Notes under the pieces: model-generated
Database searches by the model: none
What the model was told of the DNA's origin: nothing
What the model saw: the letters and a program-made list of their open reading frames with translations, nothing else
Made by a program: the position numbers and the translations under genes
Origin: Oopsacas minuta
Taxonomy: Eukaryota > Animalia > Porifera
Direction of reading: 5' to 3'
Length of the DNA: 6,916 bases
NCBI GenBank assembly: GCA_024704765.1
Contig: JAKMXF010000109.1
Coordinates: 20,932 to 27,847 of the forward strand
Part shown: piece after piece, positions 6,693 through 6,916 of the stretch
Layout: each line of letters starts with the position of its first letter
How positions within the stretch are numbered: position 1 is the first letter of the stretch

Positions 6693-6916
6693 TACTAGGT
6701 TGTCCAAAAGGTTCGCGGAATTTTATCCCTAGTTTGTGTTATATACACTCTATCAATTAGCCTATTGTTTCGATTAATTCTAATATCCCTTATCTCAATT
6801 ATCCTAACTTTTGTAATCAAAAAGTTTGGTTTAGGTATTCTTTTAGCATCATTTACGATTGTCGTATTTTTTTCTAAAATGGAAAACTCAGAAGATGGGA
6901 AACGATATATCATTTG
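6693..6916 (+). mobile_element. 5' end of a mariner element: TA, left TIR, 5' UTR and likely transposase start (runs off the window)
   Basis: TA (6693-6694) followed by CTAGGTTGTCCAAAAGGTTCGCGGAATT (6695-6722), the inverse of 141-168. ATG at 6879 gives MENSEDGKRYII, which resembles mariner N-termini of the MENxxxxxRHI type. Confidence 0.85.
6879..6916 (+). CDS. probable mariner transposase N-terminus (12 codons, partial)
   Basis: ATG 184 bp inside the left TIR start; MENSEDGKRYII. Too short to be certain without the context. Confidence 0.55.
   Translation, partial: MENSEDGKRYII

Noticed and set aside
6695-6913. 72-aa minus-strand ORF
   Set aside because: It is antisense to the mariner 5' UTR and TIR and has no coding features.

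Overview
AT-rich eukaryotic, probably animal (invertebrate-like), genomic DNA containing two host genes within DNA-transposon sequence. The first is an intronless, divergent SLC47/MATE-family transporter (176-1711, +). The second is the 5' part of a tRNA-dihydrouridine synthase DUS1/DUS1L (5560 to about 5174, -), whose recognisable homology stops at the single N at 5173. The window starts with the 3' end of a mariner element (transposase C-terminus plus right TIR, 1-170) and ends with the 5' end of a same-family mariner (left TIR plus the likely transposase start, 6693-6916). The two TIRs match at 26/28 nt and both copies have the same orientation, so they bracket the 6.5-kb MATE+DUS1L segment. 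The right TIR ends 5 bp before the MATE ATG. Between the genes are a decayed mariner catalytic-domain fragment (3002-3384) with a fold-back hairpin at its 5' breakpoint, several MITE-like elements or solo TIR-like ends, and a GC-rich repeat array. The MATE appears to lack the TM7 glutamate used for proton coupling in eukaryotic MATEs. All family assignments come from motif recognition by eye; no searches were run.
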